From Methanocaldococcus sp. 28A (lineage in GTDB: Archaea > AGJL01 > Methanococci > Methanococcales > Methanocaldococcaceae): a DNA stretch of 64,000 nt. Of this stretch, positions 14,342 through 25,714 are shown in pieces (the stretch's first letter is position 1; every line of letters starts with the position of its first letter). The translations under genes were made by a program, and so were the position numbers. The notes under the pieces were generated by a model that was not told the DNA's origin, did no database searches, and saw nothing but the letters and a program-made list of their open reading frames with translations. The stretch lies in assembly GCA_049852185.1 (NCBI GenBank), contig CP187540.1. One strand, given 5' to 3'.

Positions 14342-14638
14342 TTAAGCTGTAGCTGGTCTTAAGTGTTGTGGATAAGCAATGATTTGTTTGTATTTTCCTC
14401 CATCTCTTACTTTAACGATAAATGCTCTTCCCTGCTTACCAACAACAATTCCAGTTCTTCCATGGAATCTTGGGTGTGGCATTCCCTTATGGACTGATGG
14501 GTCTATAACTATATGCACATACTCTCCTTCTTTATATTCTTTCAAAGCTCTTGTTATTGGGTAAAGTCCTCTTTCTCTTGGGTGTTTTGATAATTTTTTT
14601 CTTGTTTTTCTTCTAAATCCTTCACTCATTTGAACCAT
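14342..14638 (-). CDS. rpl21e: 50S ribosomal protein L21e
   Basis: [25 protein letters not shown]. Confidence 0.97.
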   Translation of the reverse strand: MVQMSEGFRRKTRKKLSKHPRERGLYPITRALKEYKEGEYVHIVIDPSVHKGMPHPRFHGRTGIVVGKQGRAFIVKVRDGGKYKQIIAYPQHLRPATA

Positions 14639-15953
14639 AATTCTCACCTTCAGAATCATTATCGTGTATCTTTAAAACATCCAATTCTTTACATATACAG
14701 TTTTTGTTTAATATAGATGAGACAGATGGGTTTGTTCTCCCATCATCTCCACTGATTAACTCTTTTATATATAATCCACCATCACAATGTATAATCATCT
14801 CAAAATGATTGTCATCTACTTTATTGGTTTTAACTTTATATACCTTACGGATTCTCTCTAAATCAGCTCTTCTATGTAATACTCTTTTAGGAGTTTTTTG
14901 ATATATAGTTCTATTTTCAAGTTCTTTTTCAAGTTTTTTTAATTCTTCCTCACAAATTTTTTCTGAGCATTCAACTAAAGCTCTATATGTTTTTCTATGA
15001 GGGGTGTTTTTAAATATAACTTTATCCTTCCTAACACCAAACTCTAAGTTTAAAACCTCTACCCTACCATCTTTATTAACTTCTTCAGCAATTTTATTTA
15101 AATCAATTTTTCTTATCTTTGGCTCTTTAATCTCTAAAACAAATGGTCTTCCATTTCCAAGCATTCTGACATCTATATCTTCTCTTCCCGCCCCATGGAA
15201 TTTTGCGTCTACACCTTTTGTAGCCTCTAAGAACGGTTTAGCAATGATTTCTTCAACAGATATTGGATATTTTTTACCTGTGTAGTTACAGAGCTCACAT
15301 CCTCTTCCTCTACATTTTCTACATGGCCATCTTGTTTGTGGAATACCTCTAACTAATTTTCTATATCTTCCTTTAATAAATAATGGGTTTATTTGTAAAT
15401 AAATCTCTTCAGTGTATGGATTTATATGCACAACAATATCTGGATATTCTTTATTTGGGGTTTTATCTAATCTAACTGCCAACATCTTTCCAAATTCTCT
15501 TCCAAATTCCTGCTTTATACTTTCCATAAATTCTGTTTCAATCTCTTTTTCAAGTTCTTTAATCTCTTTTGGGATATGAGTTCCAATTAAAAATGTGTCA
15601 AACTCATACTTTTTTAAAATCTCAATTGCTTTATTTAATAGTTTTTCCATTTTTTGTTTGTTAAAAATGCCTTTACACCATGGGCAATTTTCTTTTTCTA
15701 CTTCTTTTATATCCTCCAATCTTATTTCATCGACTCCACTTTTTGCCAAAGCTTTTAGTAACTCTAATTCTTCTTCATAATTTATTCCTTTTTCTTTAGC
15801 TTTTTTTATCTTTGCTTCAAGTTCTAAAGCTTTATATAGCTTTAACGCCTTACCTCTTTCAGTGTTTGTTGTATGCAATAACTTAGCATACAACCTTCCG
15901 AAACATCTATTACAGAGAGGATATTTTTTTAATATTTCATAATTTATAATCAT
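14622..15953 (-). CDS. pus10: tRNA pseudouridine(54/55) synthase Pus10
   Basis: [51 protein letters not shown]. Confidence 0.95.
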   Translation of the reverse strand: MIINYEILKKYPLCNRCFGRLYAKLLHTTNTERGKALKLYKALELEAKIKKAKEKGINYEEELELLKALAKSGVDEIRLEDIKEVEKENCPWCKGIFNKQKMEKLLNKAIEILKKYEFDTFLIGTHIPKEIKELEKEIETEFMESIKQEFGREFGKMLAVRLDKTPNKEYPDIVVHINPYTEEIYLQINPLFIKGRYRKLVRGIPQTRWPCRKCRGRGCELCNYTGKKYPISVEEIIAKPFLEATKGVDAKFHGAGREDIDVRMLGNGRPFVLEIKEPKIRKIDLNKIAEEVNKDGRVEVLNLEFGVRKDKVIFKNTPHRKTYRALVECSEKICEEELKKLEKELENRTIYQKTPKRVLHRRADLERIRKVYKVKTNKVDDNHFEMIIHCDGGLYIKELISGDDGRTNPSVSSILNKNCICKELDVLKIHDNDSEGENYGSNE

Positions 15954-16086
15954 GTTTTCTCCCCAATTTAGTGTTTAAATAAAACTCATCAAAGTTCATT
16001 GTTATATTTATTAAAGTTCTATTAAATGATAAAATGATATTGGTTTTATAATTGCTATTAGATTTTTATAAATTTTTGGTGATACA

Positions 16087-18450
16087 ATGATAGCTAATGT
16101 TGATTTACACATTCATTCAAGATTCTCTGGTGGGACTTCTAAGGATATGAGTGTAGAGAATATTTTAAAATATGGAAAGCTTAAAGGATTAAACATCATT
16201 GGAACAGGAGATTGTTTGAATCCAGATTATTTGGAAGAGATAAAGCAATATAAAGATAGAGAGTTGGTTTTAACAACTGAAATTGAAGATAAGAATAGAG
16301 TTCATCATCTTATTTTATTACCTTCAATAAGTAAGGTTGAAGAGTTGAGAGAAGTTTTAAAAAAATATTCTAAGGATATTGATAAAGAGGGGCGACCAAG
16401 AGTAAATTTAAAAGGTAATGAAATCTTAGATATTGTTAGAGAGGTTGATGGATTGATTGGACCTGCTCACTGTGTCCCACCAGATACACTGCTGATATTA
16501 GAAAATGGTTTTAAAAGAATAGTCGATATAAAAGTAGGAGATAAAGTATTAACTCATGAAAATAGGTTTAAAAAAGTTGAAAAAGTTTATAAAAGAAGAT
16601 ATATTGGAGACATAATAAAGATTAGAGTTAGATACTTCTCAGAAGAAATAATCGTAACTCCTGAGCATCCAGTCTATATCATTAAAACAGAAAAGAGATG
16701 TGATGGCTCCCATGGAATATGTAAATTTAACTGCTTAACTCAATATACAAGTTCCTCATGTAAAAAAAGATATGAGATATATAAAAGAGAATGGATTATG
16801 GCTAAAGACTTAAAAGTAGGAGATGTAATAGTTTATCCAATACCTAAGGAAGTGAGAGATATTAAATTTTTATCATTAGGTAAATTTCTTAATAATATTA
16901 AGCAAAAATCTTGGAGAAATAGGATTCCAGAAAAAATTGAAGTTTCCGAAGAGTTTTGTAGGTTAGTTGGATATTTCTTATCTGAAGGTTATTGCTTTAG
17001 GGATGGGATTGGATTTGCATTGGGGGAAAATGAAAAAGAAATCATCAATGATATAGAATATCTAATGAAGAAAATATTCAACTTAAAACCAAAAATAAGA
17101 AATGATGAAAGAAGTGGAGGAATAGAATTAAAATATTACTCAAGAGTTTTAAGAGAATTCTTTGGAGACACATTCTACTGTGGAGATGAAAAAAGAGCTT
17201 GGAATAAAGCTCTTCCAAATGAGTTTTTGTATCTTCCTAAGAATAAGCAAATTCAGATATTTATTGGATGGTGGAGAGGAGATAAAGGAGTAACTACTTC
17301 AGAAATTTTGATGAATCAGTTAAGATTAATTTCTCTAAGATTAGGTTTTATAATAACATTTAGTAAGCTTGTTCCAAAAAATCCAAAAATTGGAGATAGA
17401 AAAGTTATTAATTATCATACAATATGGCAAGGGAGAATATCTCCATTAGATAAAGATAAAAAAATCATAAATGTATTAAGAAATGAAGATATAAAACTTC
17501 CAAAAAAGGATGTTAGATATGGGTGGATTAAAGGGAATTATCTATATACTCCAATTATAAAAATAGAAAGAGAGTATTATAATGGATATGTATATAACTT
17601 AGAGGTTGAAGACGATTCAAGCTATGTAACTGTTTCAGGAACTTTGCATAACTGCTTTACACCCTGGACATCTCTTTATAAATCATTTGATTCAATATAT
17701 GATTGCTATGAAAAAAAACCTGATTTTGTAGAGCTTGGTTTGTCAGCAGATACTGACATGGCAGATATGATTCCAGAACTAAGAGATTTGCCATTTTTAT
17801 CAAATTCAGATGCCCATTCATATCATCCTCATAGATTAGGTAGGGAATTTAATCAAATAGAGGTTGATTATATAGGTGGAATAGAAGATAACTTTGAACA
17901 AATAAAAAAAGCAATAAAGCATAATAAGATAATTGCCAATTATGGATTAGACCCAAAATTAGGGAAGTATCATTTAACCGCATGCTCTAAATGTCATACA
18001 AGGTTTAAATTAGAAGATGCTAAAAAATACAATTGGAAATGTCCAAAATGTAAGGGAAGTATAAAGAAAGGAGTTTTAAGTAGAGTTGAAGAGTTGAGTG
18101 ATGGAAAAATAGAGCATCCAGAATTTAGACCTCCATATTATAAGCTAATTCCATTAGCTGAGATGATTAGCTTAACCATCGGCAAAGGAATATTTACAAA
18201 GGCAGTCCAAAATTTATGGGAAGAGTTTATTAAAAAATATGGAAATGAGATAGAGGTTTTAATAAATGCTGATATTCAGGAATTAACCAAGATTCATCCA
18301 AAAGTGGCAGAAACAATTAATCTGTTTAGAAAAGGGAAGATATATATTTATCCTGGTGGTGGTGGAGAATACGGAAAGATTTCATTTAAACCACAAAAAG
18401 TAGAGTGGTATAGAGAAGAAGTAACCTTAGATAGGTGGTTAAAGCAATAA
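16087..18450 (+). CDS. EndoQ-like PHP-family endonuclease with intein
   Basis: DLHIHSRFS, VHHLI, GPAH, SNSDAHS, LGKYH..AC..C and CPKC zinc site, PGGGGEYG. Confidence 0.85.
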   Translation: MIANVDLHIHSRFSGGTSKDMSVENILKYGKLKGLNIIGTGDCLNPDYLEEIKQYKDRELVLTTEIEDKNRVHHLILLPSISKVEELREVLKKYSKDIDKEGRPRVNLKGNEILDIVREVDGLIGPAHCVPPDTLLILENGFKRIVDIKVGDKVLTHENRFKKVEKVYKRRYIGDIIKIRVRYFSEEIIVTPEHPVYIIKTEKRCDGSHGICKFNCLTQYTSSSCKKRYEIYKREWIMAKDLKVGDVIVYPIPKEVRDIKFLSLGKFLNNIKQKSWRNRIPEKIEVSEEFCRLVGYFLSEGYCFRDGIGFALGENEKEIINDIEYLMKKIFNLKPKIRNDERSGGIELKYYSRVLREFFGDTFYCGDEKRAWNKALPNEFLYLPKNKQIQIFIGWWRGDKGVTTSEILMNQLRLISLRLGFIITFSKLVPKNPKIGDRKVINYHTIWQGRISPLDKDKKIINVLRNEDIKLPKKDVRYGWIKGNYLYTPIIKIEREYYNGYVYNLEVEDDSSYVTVSGTLHNCFTPWTSLYKSFDSIYDCYEKKPDFVELGLSADTDMADMIPELRDLPFLSNSDAHSYHPHRLGREFNQIEVDYIGGIEDNFEQIKKAIKHNKIIANYGLDPKLGKYHLTACSKCHTRFKLEDAKKYNWKCPKCKGSIKKGVLSRVEELSDGKIEHPEFRPPYYKLIPLAEMISLTIGKGIFTKAVQNLWEEFIKKYGNEIEVLINADIQELTKIHPKVAETINLFRKGKIYIYPGGGGEYGKISFKPQKVEWYREEVTLDRWLKQ
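16471..17652 (+). mobile_element. Intein (394 aa) with LAGLIDADG-type endonuclease region
   Basis: Junctions GPAH/CVPPDT and VYNLEVEDDSSY...TLHN/CFTPW; block B VTPEHPV; LVGYFLSEG motif. Confidence 0.95.
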
Positions 18451-18454
18451 ATTA

Positions 18455-19234
18455 TTATAAAAAGTCAATTTCTGTTCCCTCTACTTTTCCTAATAAAGCT
18501 TTATAAATATTTTCTACTTTATTTCCGTTAAATACAAAACCTCTACACTTATTTTTTCTAATCATCTCTATCTTATATCTCATTCCACCAGTAACGTCTA
18601 TACTGTTAGAGCCACTTAAATAACTTAATATTTCGTCGATATTCTTTTCATCTATCTTTTTTATAGGTTTGTTGTTAATTAAAACACCATCAACATCTGT
18701 AGCATAAAGTATTAAATCAGCTTTTAATTCATTAGCTAAGTATGGTACTATATCATCTCCAGAAATTATTTTGTATCCGTTATTATCATCAACTACTATA
18801 TCTCCATGAATTACTGGAACTAAATCTCTTTTAAGCATCTCATTTATAGCGGAGATGTCAAAAATTAGTTTATTTCCAAAAACAACAAATGAAGATGGTT
18901 GTATAGAAACTGCAGGAATATCATAGCTCTGTAAAGTGTCAATAACTATGTTGTTAAATCTTCTCATCGCTTTTTGAATTTCCCAAAATCCCTTTTCCAT
19001 ATTTATAAATACTTTTTTACCATTTTCAACTTTTAAATATTTTTTAGCAACAGGATGTCCAAAAGCTCCACCACCATGAACGAGTATTAATTTCATCTCT
19101 TCATTTTGATTTTTATAATAATCTAAGGCGTTTTTTATTTCCATTGCTATCCTCTCTAAATTATCCCATTTTACTAAAAAAGGCATATTTTTGTCTGATA
19201 GAACACTACCTCCTAATTTTAAAATAGTTAGCAT
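18455..19234 (-). CDS. ipk: Isopentenyl phosphate kinase
   Basis: ILKLGGS, VHGGGAFGH, ISGDD, DVTGGM. Confidence 0.9.
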   Translation of the reverse strand: MLTILKLGGSVLSDKNMPFLVKWDNLERIAMEIKNALDYYKNQNEEMKLILVHGGGAFGHPVAKKYLKVENGKKVFINMEKGFWEIQKAMRRFNNIVIDTLQSYDIPAVSIQPSSFVVFGNKLIFDISAINEMLKRDLVPVIHGDIVVDDNNGYKIISGDDIVPYLANELKADLILYATDVDGVLINNKPIKKIDEKNIDEILSYLSGSNSIDVTGGMRYKIEMIRKNKCRGFVFNGNKVENIYKALLGKVEGTEIDFL

Positions 19235-20028
19235 TATTCCACCTTAGTTTTTATCCCTTTAATAATATACCTAATTCTATTTCCAGTTTTAATTTCATCA
19301 ACTTCAACATTTAAATCAACATCTTTCATTTTTTTAATAATTAGTTTTCTTCTAATTTCTGGTTTTTTTGGCATCATTAAGGCAATAACTCCTTTTTTAT
19401 TTAAAAAATTAATCCCTTCTTCAATTATTTTGAATGAAAATTCTTCCCCAAATTTCCCTCCTCCTATAAGTTCAATATCCTTAGCTAAAGCCCCTCCAAA
19501 CTTTCTCCCACTTGCAACAGAATTTTTTGAATAGAAAGGAGGATAAGAGATAATTAAATCAAATTTTATTCCTTCAATTTCTTTAATACCTTCAATAACT
19601 TTCCCTTTAGAATTTATAATCTTTATATCCAATTTATTTTTCTCTATGTTTCTTTTAGCAAAATCTATAAATTCTTCATCAACCTCAGTAGCATAAACCT
19701 CGGCATCATAAAATTTTTTTATTAATAGAGAGATTATAGCAGAGTGTCCTGTTCCAATCTCTAAAACCTTAGGTTTTTCTATGCATAGTTTTTTTAATGT
19801 TTCAAAAGTTGATTTTATAAAAAGATATCTGTTTATTGGTGTAGGAATTAGCCCATTTTTATGAAACTCAATATCTAAATCAAACAAAACTTTTAAAACT
19901 GTTTTGTTATATTCTACTAATGCCTCTTTATCTTTAAAGTCAATTCTAAGTTTATCTCCTTTTTTATACACATATCTTTTTAAATTCTCATTGTATTTTA
20001 TAGCATCTTCAATCTTTAATCCCAACAT
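19234..20028 (-). CDS. RlmF-related SAM methyltransferase
   Basis: GLIPTPINRY, LEIGTG, SYPPFY, GGGKFGEEF. Confidence 0.8.
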   Translation of the reverse strand: MLGLKIEDAIKYNENLKRYVYKKGDKLRIDFKDKEALVEYNKTVLKVLFDLDIEFHKNGLIPTPINRYLFIKSTFETLKKLCIEKPKVLEIGTGHSAIISLLIKKFYDAEVYATEVDEEFIDFAKRNIEKNKLDIKIINSKGKVIEGIKEIEGIKFDLIISYPPFYSKNSVASGRKFGGALAKDIELIGGGKFGEEFSFKIIEEGINFLNKKGVIALMMPKKPEIRRKLIIKKMKDVDLNVEVDEIKTGNRIRYIIKGIKTKVE

Positions 20029-20037
20029 ATTTCATCC

Positions 20038-21324
20038 TCAAATCCTTATTTTTTCTCCTAACTTTGGAACTATTGCATCAAAACCATGCTCTAAAGCCCA
20101 ATTTCTTAATGTTGTTGCTTGAACAACCTCTCCATGCTGTATAATTAATAGCTCAGGATTAACTTTTTTAATTATCTCATGTAACTCATCCATTCCAGCG
20201 TGGCACGAAAAGTTATAAATGCAAACCTCTAAGTTAGGCTTAACTTCATCTCTCTCAATAAATAATTTTCCAGTTTCAATCAAATGCCTTCCATTAGAAT
20301 CTCTAACTTGATATCCAGTTAATAGTAGAGCGTTTTTTGGATTGTGCATAAATAATTTTAGGTAATATAGAATAGGCCCTCCATCTAACATTCCTGCAGT
20401 AGTTACAACAATTCCTCCATCTTTTGATAAATTCTCAACTGCTTTAATCCTATCCTCTGATTTCTCATTCATTTTAACATTTTTTAGGGCTTTTTCTAAT
20501 TGATGATATTCATTTAATATATCTTTATACATTAACATTAACTTTGTAACTTCAACAGCCATTCCATCTAAGTAGATTGGGGCATCTATGCCATAATCAT
20601 TTAATATTAATAATATTTCTTGAGCTCTATCTACAGCAAATACTGGAATTAAAGCAACCCCTCCCCTAAATAAAACCTCTTTTATCTTTTCTATAAAACT
20701 TAGCTCTACAGCTTTTCTATTAGGATGTATGCTGTTTCCATAGGTTGATTCAATTATTAAAACATCAATATCATCTTTTATATAGCTTAAATCAGCTCCT
20801 TTTGTTAATCTTGTATCCCTAAGCTTTACATCTCCAGTATATAAGATAGTTTTGTTATTATTATATTCTAATAAAATTGATGCACTCCCTGGAATATGTC
20901 CAGCACTAAAGAGCTCATAGGAAAAATCTTTGTAGTATTTTTTATCGTTGTAATTTAATGGAATTGTATGTCGCATAGCCTCTTTTACATCATGGTTGTT
21001 GTAAGGAATCTCTCTATTTTCTGTTTCAGCAATTTTTACCATATCTTTTAGTAAAACCTTAATTAATTTTTTTGATAGCTCAGTTGTAATTACTGGAACA
21101 TCTATTTTTCTATGAAATAATATTGGTAAAGCTCCTGAGTGGTCTAAATGGGCATGTGAAATAAAAACTTTATCAATATCCTTTATTGATTCATCCAATA
21201 TTGGATATTCAATTTCTTTTCCAAGCTTAACTCCAAAATCCAATAATATTTTACTTTTATCAGTTTTTATTTCTATACAGCTTCTTCCAACTTCCAATGC
21301 TGCTCCTCTAAAAATAATTTCCAT
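20038..21324 (-). CDS. beta-CASP metallo-beta-lactamase ribonuclease
   Basis: EVGRSC, SHAHLDHSG, AGHIPGS, ESTYG, FSCHAG, QHGE. Confidence 0.9.
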   Translation of the reverse strand: MEIIFRGAALEVGRSCIEIKTDKSKILLDFGVKLGKEIEYPILDESIKDIDKVFISHAHLDHSGALPILFHRKIDVPVITTELSKKLIKVLLKDMVKIAETENREIPYNNHDVKEAMRHTIPLNYNDKKYYKDFSYELFSAGHIPGSASILLEYNNNKTILYTGDVKLRDTRLTKGADLSYIKDDIDVLIIESTYGNSIHPNRKAVELSFIEKIKEVLFRGGVALIPVFAVDRAQEILLILNDYGIDAPIYLDGMAVEVTKLMLMYKDILNEYHQLEKALKNVKMNEKSEDRIKAVENLSKDGGIVVTTAGMLDGGPILYYLKLFMHNPKNALLLTGYQVRDSNGRHLIETGKLFIERDEVKPNLEVCIYNFSCHAGMDELHEIIKKVNPELLIIQHGEVVQATTLRNWALEHGFDAIVPKLGEKIRI

Positions 21325-21502
21325 ATTGTCACCTTTTTATCTAATTTTAATTTCTGCATTTTTGCTATTAAATGTTTTTTATAAATTATATTCATATATG
21401 TAGTTATACAAATTAAAATAAAATTAACCTATGATATAAAGCTATCTAAACACCAAAAGGAGTCAAAATTCATTAGTTAATATACAAACTGTGAAAGTTC
21501 TA

Positions 21503-21772
21503 TATTTATGTCCAATTCCACCAATACAAAAAGTATTGAGCATGTTTTCCCTATTGAAAGTCTCTATAGATAAAGATAAATGCATAGATTGTTCTTTATG
21601 TGAAAAAAACTGTCCAATGGACATAAAACTTTTAGATTATAAAAATAAGGGCAAAAGAGTTCTATCAACAGAGTGTATTTCATGTGCCACCTGCTTAAAT
21701 GTCTGTCCAAAAGATGCCATAAATATAAATCTAAAATGTAATTTTGGGGAAAATATTTTGAATTATAAATAA
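21503..21772 (+). pseudogene. C-terminal remnant of a NapH/MauN-type membrane polyferredoxin
   Basis: Truncated YLCP motif then two CxxCxxCxxxCP motifs; the predicted GTG at 21491 lies inside a degenerate repeat terminus. Confidence 0.6.
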
Positions 21773-21776
21773 AACT

Positions 21777-21854
21777 TAGGACTTTCGCAGGAATAAATAT
21801 TAAAAAAAAGGCATATTTGGTGGTAATGTCATTATATAAAGTGCGAAAGTCCTA
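21777..21854. repeat. Palindromic MITE-like repeat, family A (MJRE-like)
   Basis: 13-bp TIR TAGGACTTTCGCA / TGCGAAAGTCCTA. Confidence 0.9.
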
Positions 21855-21859
21855 AATAT

Positions 21860-22048
21860 TTAACCTAAGATTTCTAAAATTTTAGCTTTAACTTTTCCTT
21901 TTCCACCTCTTGGCTCAACTAAAACTTTCCCACATGTTAAACATTTAACAACAGTAGCTGGGCTTCCAAAGACTACTTGCTCGTTGTTACATTCTGGACA
22001 CTGAACTCTCAAGAATTTTGTTCTTGGTTGTGGGATTAACTCCATCAT
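21860..22048 (-). CDS. rps27e: 30S ribosomal protein S27e
   Basis: [20 protein letters not shown]. Confidence 0.97.
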   Translation of the reverse strand: MMELIPQPRTKFLRVQCPECNNEQVVFGSPATVVKCLTCGKVLVEPRGGKGKVKAKILEILG

Positions 22049-22105
22049 CTCCCCTCTCTACAATTTTATTTAAAGTGTTTAAAAAGAGTTTAAAGTTTTT
22101 AAAAT

Positions 22106-22390
22106 TTACTTCTCAACAAACTCAAATCTACCAGACCTAAAGCATCCATTTGCTTTTGTGTGCATTTTTCCACAAACTGTGCATTTAAATCTTAAGTCTA
22201 TCTTTTTAACAGGTTTTGACCTGTCTGGTAAAGGTCTTGGGAAACCTCCATAACCAGCCGTTACCCTTCTAAACTGCCTTTGACCCCAAGTTAACTCACT
22301 AGGTTTTCCTTTTTTTGCCTTCTCTACAGTGTGTATTGTATGTTTTTTACAGTATGGGCAGTATCTCCTAACTTTTTTCGGCATTTTCAT
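22106..22390 (-). CDS. rpl44e: 50S ribosomal protein L44e
   Basis: [24 protein letters not shown]. Confidence 0.97.
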   Translation of the reverse strand: MKMPKKVRRYCPYCKKHTIHTVEKAKKGKPSELTWGQRQFRRVTAGYGGFPRPLPDRSKPVKKIDLRFKCTVCGKMHTKANGCFRSGRFEFVEK

Positions 22391-22889
22391 AACTTTCACC
22401 TATTCTTGAGATAATTCTGTGTTTTTTTAAAATATCTGATATTTTTTTATCTAAGGTGAGGACATCATTTTTGTTTAGGTTATATATAAAAGTGCCGTCT
22501 GTGAATGGTGGAAAGTTTTTATCAACCTTTACAACATCAATATCATTTATTGTATATATAGGTTTTGGTATCTCAATCTCATCTACTTCATTAGATTCAA
22601 CATTTTTTTCAATTTTCAATTCAACTACAACATTTTCAATAGCATATATAATATTTATCTCTTCTGGAAGTAAGTTTTCTCTCTCATTGTCTAAATACAG
22701 GGCTTTATATATCCTTAACTTTCTAAGCTCTTTAAAATAATATTTAGCTCTCTCAAGCTCAATTTCATCTTTAATATTTTTTATATATTCTCTAACTTCA
22801 TCATAAAAATTATCAGGCAATTTTAATAATTTATCTGTCGTTATCTCTTCAAAAAAATAATTTTTTAATGTTTCATATAGTTCATGCAT
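22368..22889 (-). CDS. GINS subunit (Gins51-like)
   Basis: [24 protein letters not shown]-terminal B-domain PPF..G..Y.L.KND; adjacent to PCNA. Confidence 0.7.
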   Translation of the reverse strand: MHELYETLKNYFFEEITTDKLLKLPDNFYDEVREYIKNIKDEIELERAKYYFKELRKLRIYKALYLDNERENLLPEEINIIYAIENVVVELKIEKNVESNEVDEIEIPKPIYTINDIDVVKVDKNFPPFTDGTFIYNLNKNDVLTLDKKISDILKKHRIISRIGESYENAEKS

Positions 22890-22898
22890 AATCCCACG

Positions 22899-23642
22899 TT
22901 AGGCTTCAATCCTTGGAGCCAAGAGGAAAGTTAAATTAACTCCAGCTAATGAATACTCTATCTTTACAGGCATGTCATTACCCAAGTAGATTTTGATAAT
23001 ATCTCCTGAACTAACTCCTTTAACCATATCCATTAGATAATCTAAGTTAAATGCACTTTTTGCTTCTTCTGTAACTTCTAAGCTAATAATTGCAGAACTG
23101 TCTTTTTCAAATATTGCTTCATTTTCGTTTAAATCTCCTTTAGCATGAACTACAAACTTATCTTCATCAACCTTTAAAATTACATAATCACTAAATAAAT
23201 TCGCATCTTTTAAAGCTTCTTTGAAAGCATCTCCCTTAATCATAATTACGTTTGGATATTCAATATCAGGTACTCTAACTGATGAAGCAGATAAATCTAA
23301 TAAAGCTAAACTAAACTTTCTCTTTCCTGTATTTTCAAAGATAACATTTAATTTATTCTTCTCTTCATCTAACTCTAATATTAATTTATCTTTTGATTTT
23401 GCCCTATTCATGACTTTTTTGAAAGCTTCTAAATCAATTCCAATCTCATGAGTGTCTGCTTCATATTCTTCAAACGCCAATCTTGGAATTTCTAAGCTAA
23501 CTAAAGCAACGTGACTTGGGTCCATTGCAGCAGCTTTTATTCCCTCTTCATCAACCTCAAAGCAAATCTCATCTAAAAGTGTTGATACTGTATCAACAAC
23601 TTTTTTAAACTCTTTTGCACTCTCCATAACTCCTCTAAACAT
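22899..23642 (-). CDS. pcn: DNA sliding clamp PCNA
   Basis: [10 protein letters not shown]-terminal FLLAPRIE. Confidence 0.97.
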   Translation of the reverse strand: MFRGVMESAKEFKKVVDTVSTLLDEICFEVDEEGIKAAAMDPSHVALVSLEIPRLAFEEYEADTHEIGIDLEAFKKVMNRAKSKDKLILELDEEKNKLNVIFENTGKRKFSLALLDLSASSVRVPDIEYPNVIMIKGDAFKEALKDANLFSDYVILKVDEDKFVVHAKGDLNENEAIFEKDSSAIISLEVTEEAKSAFNLDYLMDMVKGVSSGDIIKIYLGNDMPVKIEYSLAGVNLTFLLAPRIEA

Positions 23643-23873
23643 AATATCACCAGTTCTAAATACTATAGGACTTTAACATATACTAATAAAAGTAAAAATA
23701 GTATTTGTCCTATAAAGATATAAAAACATTTTTATATTTCTTTTATACTTTTAGGTATTGTTATATTTGTTTTGACACTTTCTGTTGATACAAATATATA
23801 GGTCTTTCGTAGGAAAAAGAATGTTCCATATAAATAACAAACTTTATTAACATTTTAGTATAATAAGCATTCT

Positions 23874-24179
23874 GTGATTACAATGATAAAAAAGCTTGCT
23901 GAAATTAGGAAGAAAATTGATGAGATTGATAATAAGATATTAAAGTTAATTGCTGAAAGAAATAGCTTAGCTAAGGATGTAGCTGAGATTAAAAACCAGC
24001 TTGGCATTCCAATTAACGACCCAGATAGAGAAAAATATATATACGATAGGATAAGAAAACTTTGTAAAGAACATAACGTTGATGAAAATATTGGTATTAA
24101 AATATTTCAAATATTAATAGAGCATAACAAAACCCTTCAAAGAAAATATCTTGAAGAAACACAAAATAAAAACAAATAA
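23874..24179 (+). CDS. aroQ: Chorismate mutase (AroQ class)
   Basis: IRKKIDEIDNKILKLIAER, DPDRE. Confidence 0.9.
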   Translation: MITMIKKLAEIRKKIDEIDNKILKLIAERNSLAKDVAEIKNQLGIPINDPDREKYIYDRIRKLCKEHNVDENIGIKIFQILIEHNKTLQRKYLEETQNKNK

Positions 24180-24209
24180 ATTAAAAAAATAAAAATTTAG
24201 GCAGGTGAG

Positions 24210-24401
24210 ATGATGGGAAGGATTAGACAAGCATTAATCAAGAGAACTGCTATGGAATTAATTAAGAAATACAGAGATTTATTTACAACAGACTTTGAAA
24301 CAAACAAAAGAGTTTTAGAACAAGTAGCTCAAATCTCAACAAAAAGATTGAGAAATAGAATTGCTGGTTATATTACCCACAAAATGAGACAGCTCCAATA
24401 A
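24210..24401 (+). CDS. rps17e: 30S ribosomal protein S17e
   Basis: MGRIRQ, DFETNK, LRNRIAGYIT. Confidence 0.97.
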   Translation: MMGRIRQALIKRTAMELIKKYRDLFTTDFETNKRVLEQVAQISTKRLRNRIAGYITHKMRQLQ

Positions 24402-24411
24402 AGGTGAAGCT

Positions 24412-25281
24412 ATGTTTAAGGGGGTCTATCCCGCCATAATTACTCCTTTTAAAAATAATGAAATAGATTATGAAGGATTAGAAGAGAATATAAACTTTTT
24501 AATTGAAAATGGTGTTAGTGGAATTGTAGCTGTTGGAACTACTGGAGAAAGTCCCACTTTATCACATGAAGAGCATAAAAAAGTTATTGAAAAGGCTGTA
24601 GAGATTGTTGATGGAAGAGTTCAGGTTATTGCAGGAGCAGGTTCAAACTGCACAGAGGAAGCTGTAGAGCTATCTATTTTTGCTGAGGATGTTGGAGCAG
24701 ACGCAGTTTTGTCAATAACTCCATATTACAACAAACCTACACAGGATGGTTTAAGAAGACATTTTGGAAAGATTGCTGAATCAATAAATATTCCAATTAT
24801 CTTATATAATGTCCCTTCAAGAACATCTGTTAATTTAGAACCTAAGACCGTTAAGCTTTTATCTGAAGAATACAGTAATATTTCAGCAGTTAAAGAAGCG
24901 AATCCTAATTTATCTCAAGTTTCTGAGCTAATACATGATGCTAAGATAACTGTTCTTTCAGGAAATGACGAATTAACTTTACCAATAATCGCCTTAGGAG
25001 GAAAAGGAGTTATTAGTGTTGTAGCAAATATAGTTCCAAAGGATTTTGTTGAAATGGTTAATTCGGCATTAAACGGAGATTTTGAAAAAGCGAGAGAAAT
25101 TCACTATAGGTTATTCCCATTGATGAAGGCAATGTTTATTGAAACTAATCCAATTCCTGTAAAAACAGCTTTAAATATGATTGGTAGACCTGCTGGTGAG
25201 TTGAGATTACCTCTATGTGAGATGAGTGAAGAGCATAAAAAAATATTAGAAAATGTTTTGAAAGAACTCGGTTTAATCTAA
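24412..25281 (+). CDS. dapA: 4-hydroxy-tetrahydrodipicolinate synthase
   Basis: GTTGES, PYYNKP, YNVPSRT, VKEA, ETNPIPVK. Confidence 0.97.
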   Translation: MFKGVYPAIITPFKNNEIDYEGLEENINFLIENGVSGIVAVGTTGESPTLSHEEHKKVIEKAVEIVDGRVQVIAGAGSNCTEEAVELSIFAEDVGADAVLSITPYYNKPTQDGLRRHFGKIAESINIPIILYNVPSRTSVNLEPKTVKLLSEEYSNISAVKEANPNLSQVSELIHDAKITVLSGNDELTLPIIALGGKGVISVVANIVPKDFVEMVNSALNGDFEKAREIHYRLFPLMKAMFIETNPIPVKTALNMIGRPAGELRLPLCEMSEEHKKILENVLKELGLI

Positions 25282-25293
25282 ACGGTGAGTTTA

Positions 25294-25542
25294 ATGGATG
25301 AAAAAACCATTGAAAAAATAAAAAAAGAGGCTGAAGAAATTATCAACAAATTTAGCGAGGTCTTAGAGAAATTTGACTTAGAGATGGAAGAGAGCTACTA
25401 TATTATTGACAGCAGGAATGTTCTTAGAGATGATGAAGCAATTGAAAGTAATCCAGGATTCAGAGAGAAATTTCTAAAAATTGCTCCTAAGGTAAATAAA
25501 GAAGGTTATGTTGTTGTAGAAAAAGGTAGCTGGTTAAAATAA
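25294..25542 (+). CDS. gatC: Asp/Glu-tRNA amidotransferase subunit C, archaeal type
   Basis: NVLRDD and IAPK..EGYVVVEK motifs; size. Confidence 0.8.
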   Translation: MDEKTIEKIKKEAEEIINKFSEVLEKFDLEMEESYYIIDSRNVLRDDEAIESNPGFREKFLKIAPKVNKEGYVVVEKGSWLK

Positions 25543-25714
25543 AGGGGTGTTAAAACCAAAAAGTTTAAGTAAGAGTTCTTATATTATTTGGATGAAAAAC
25601 ATTAAAGAGAACATTACAAGAGTTTTGAAGAAGTTTCTTAGTTTCTACATCATTATCGTAATCTATAAATACCCAATAAGAGAATACCACTAAATAACTA
25701 CTTAACTATCAATA

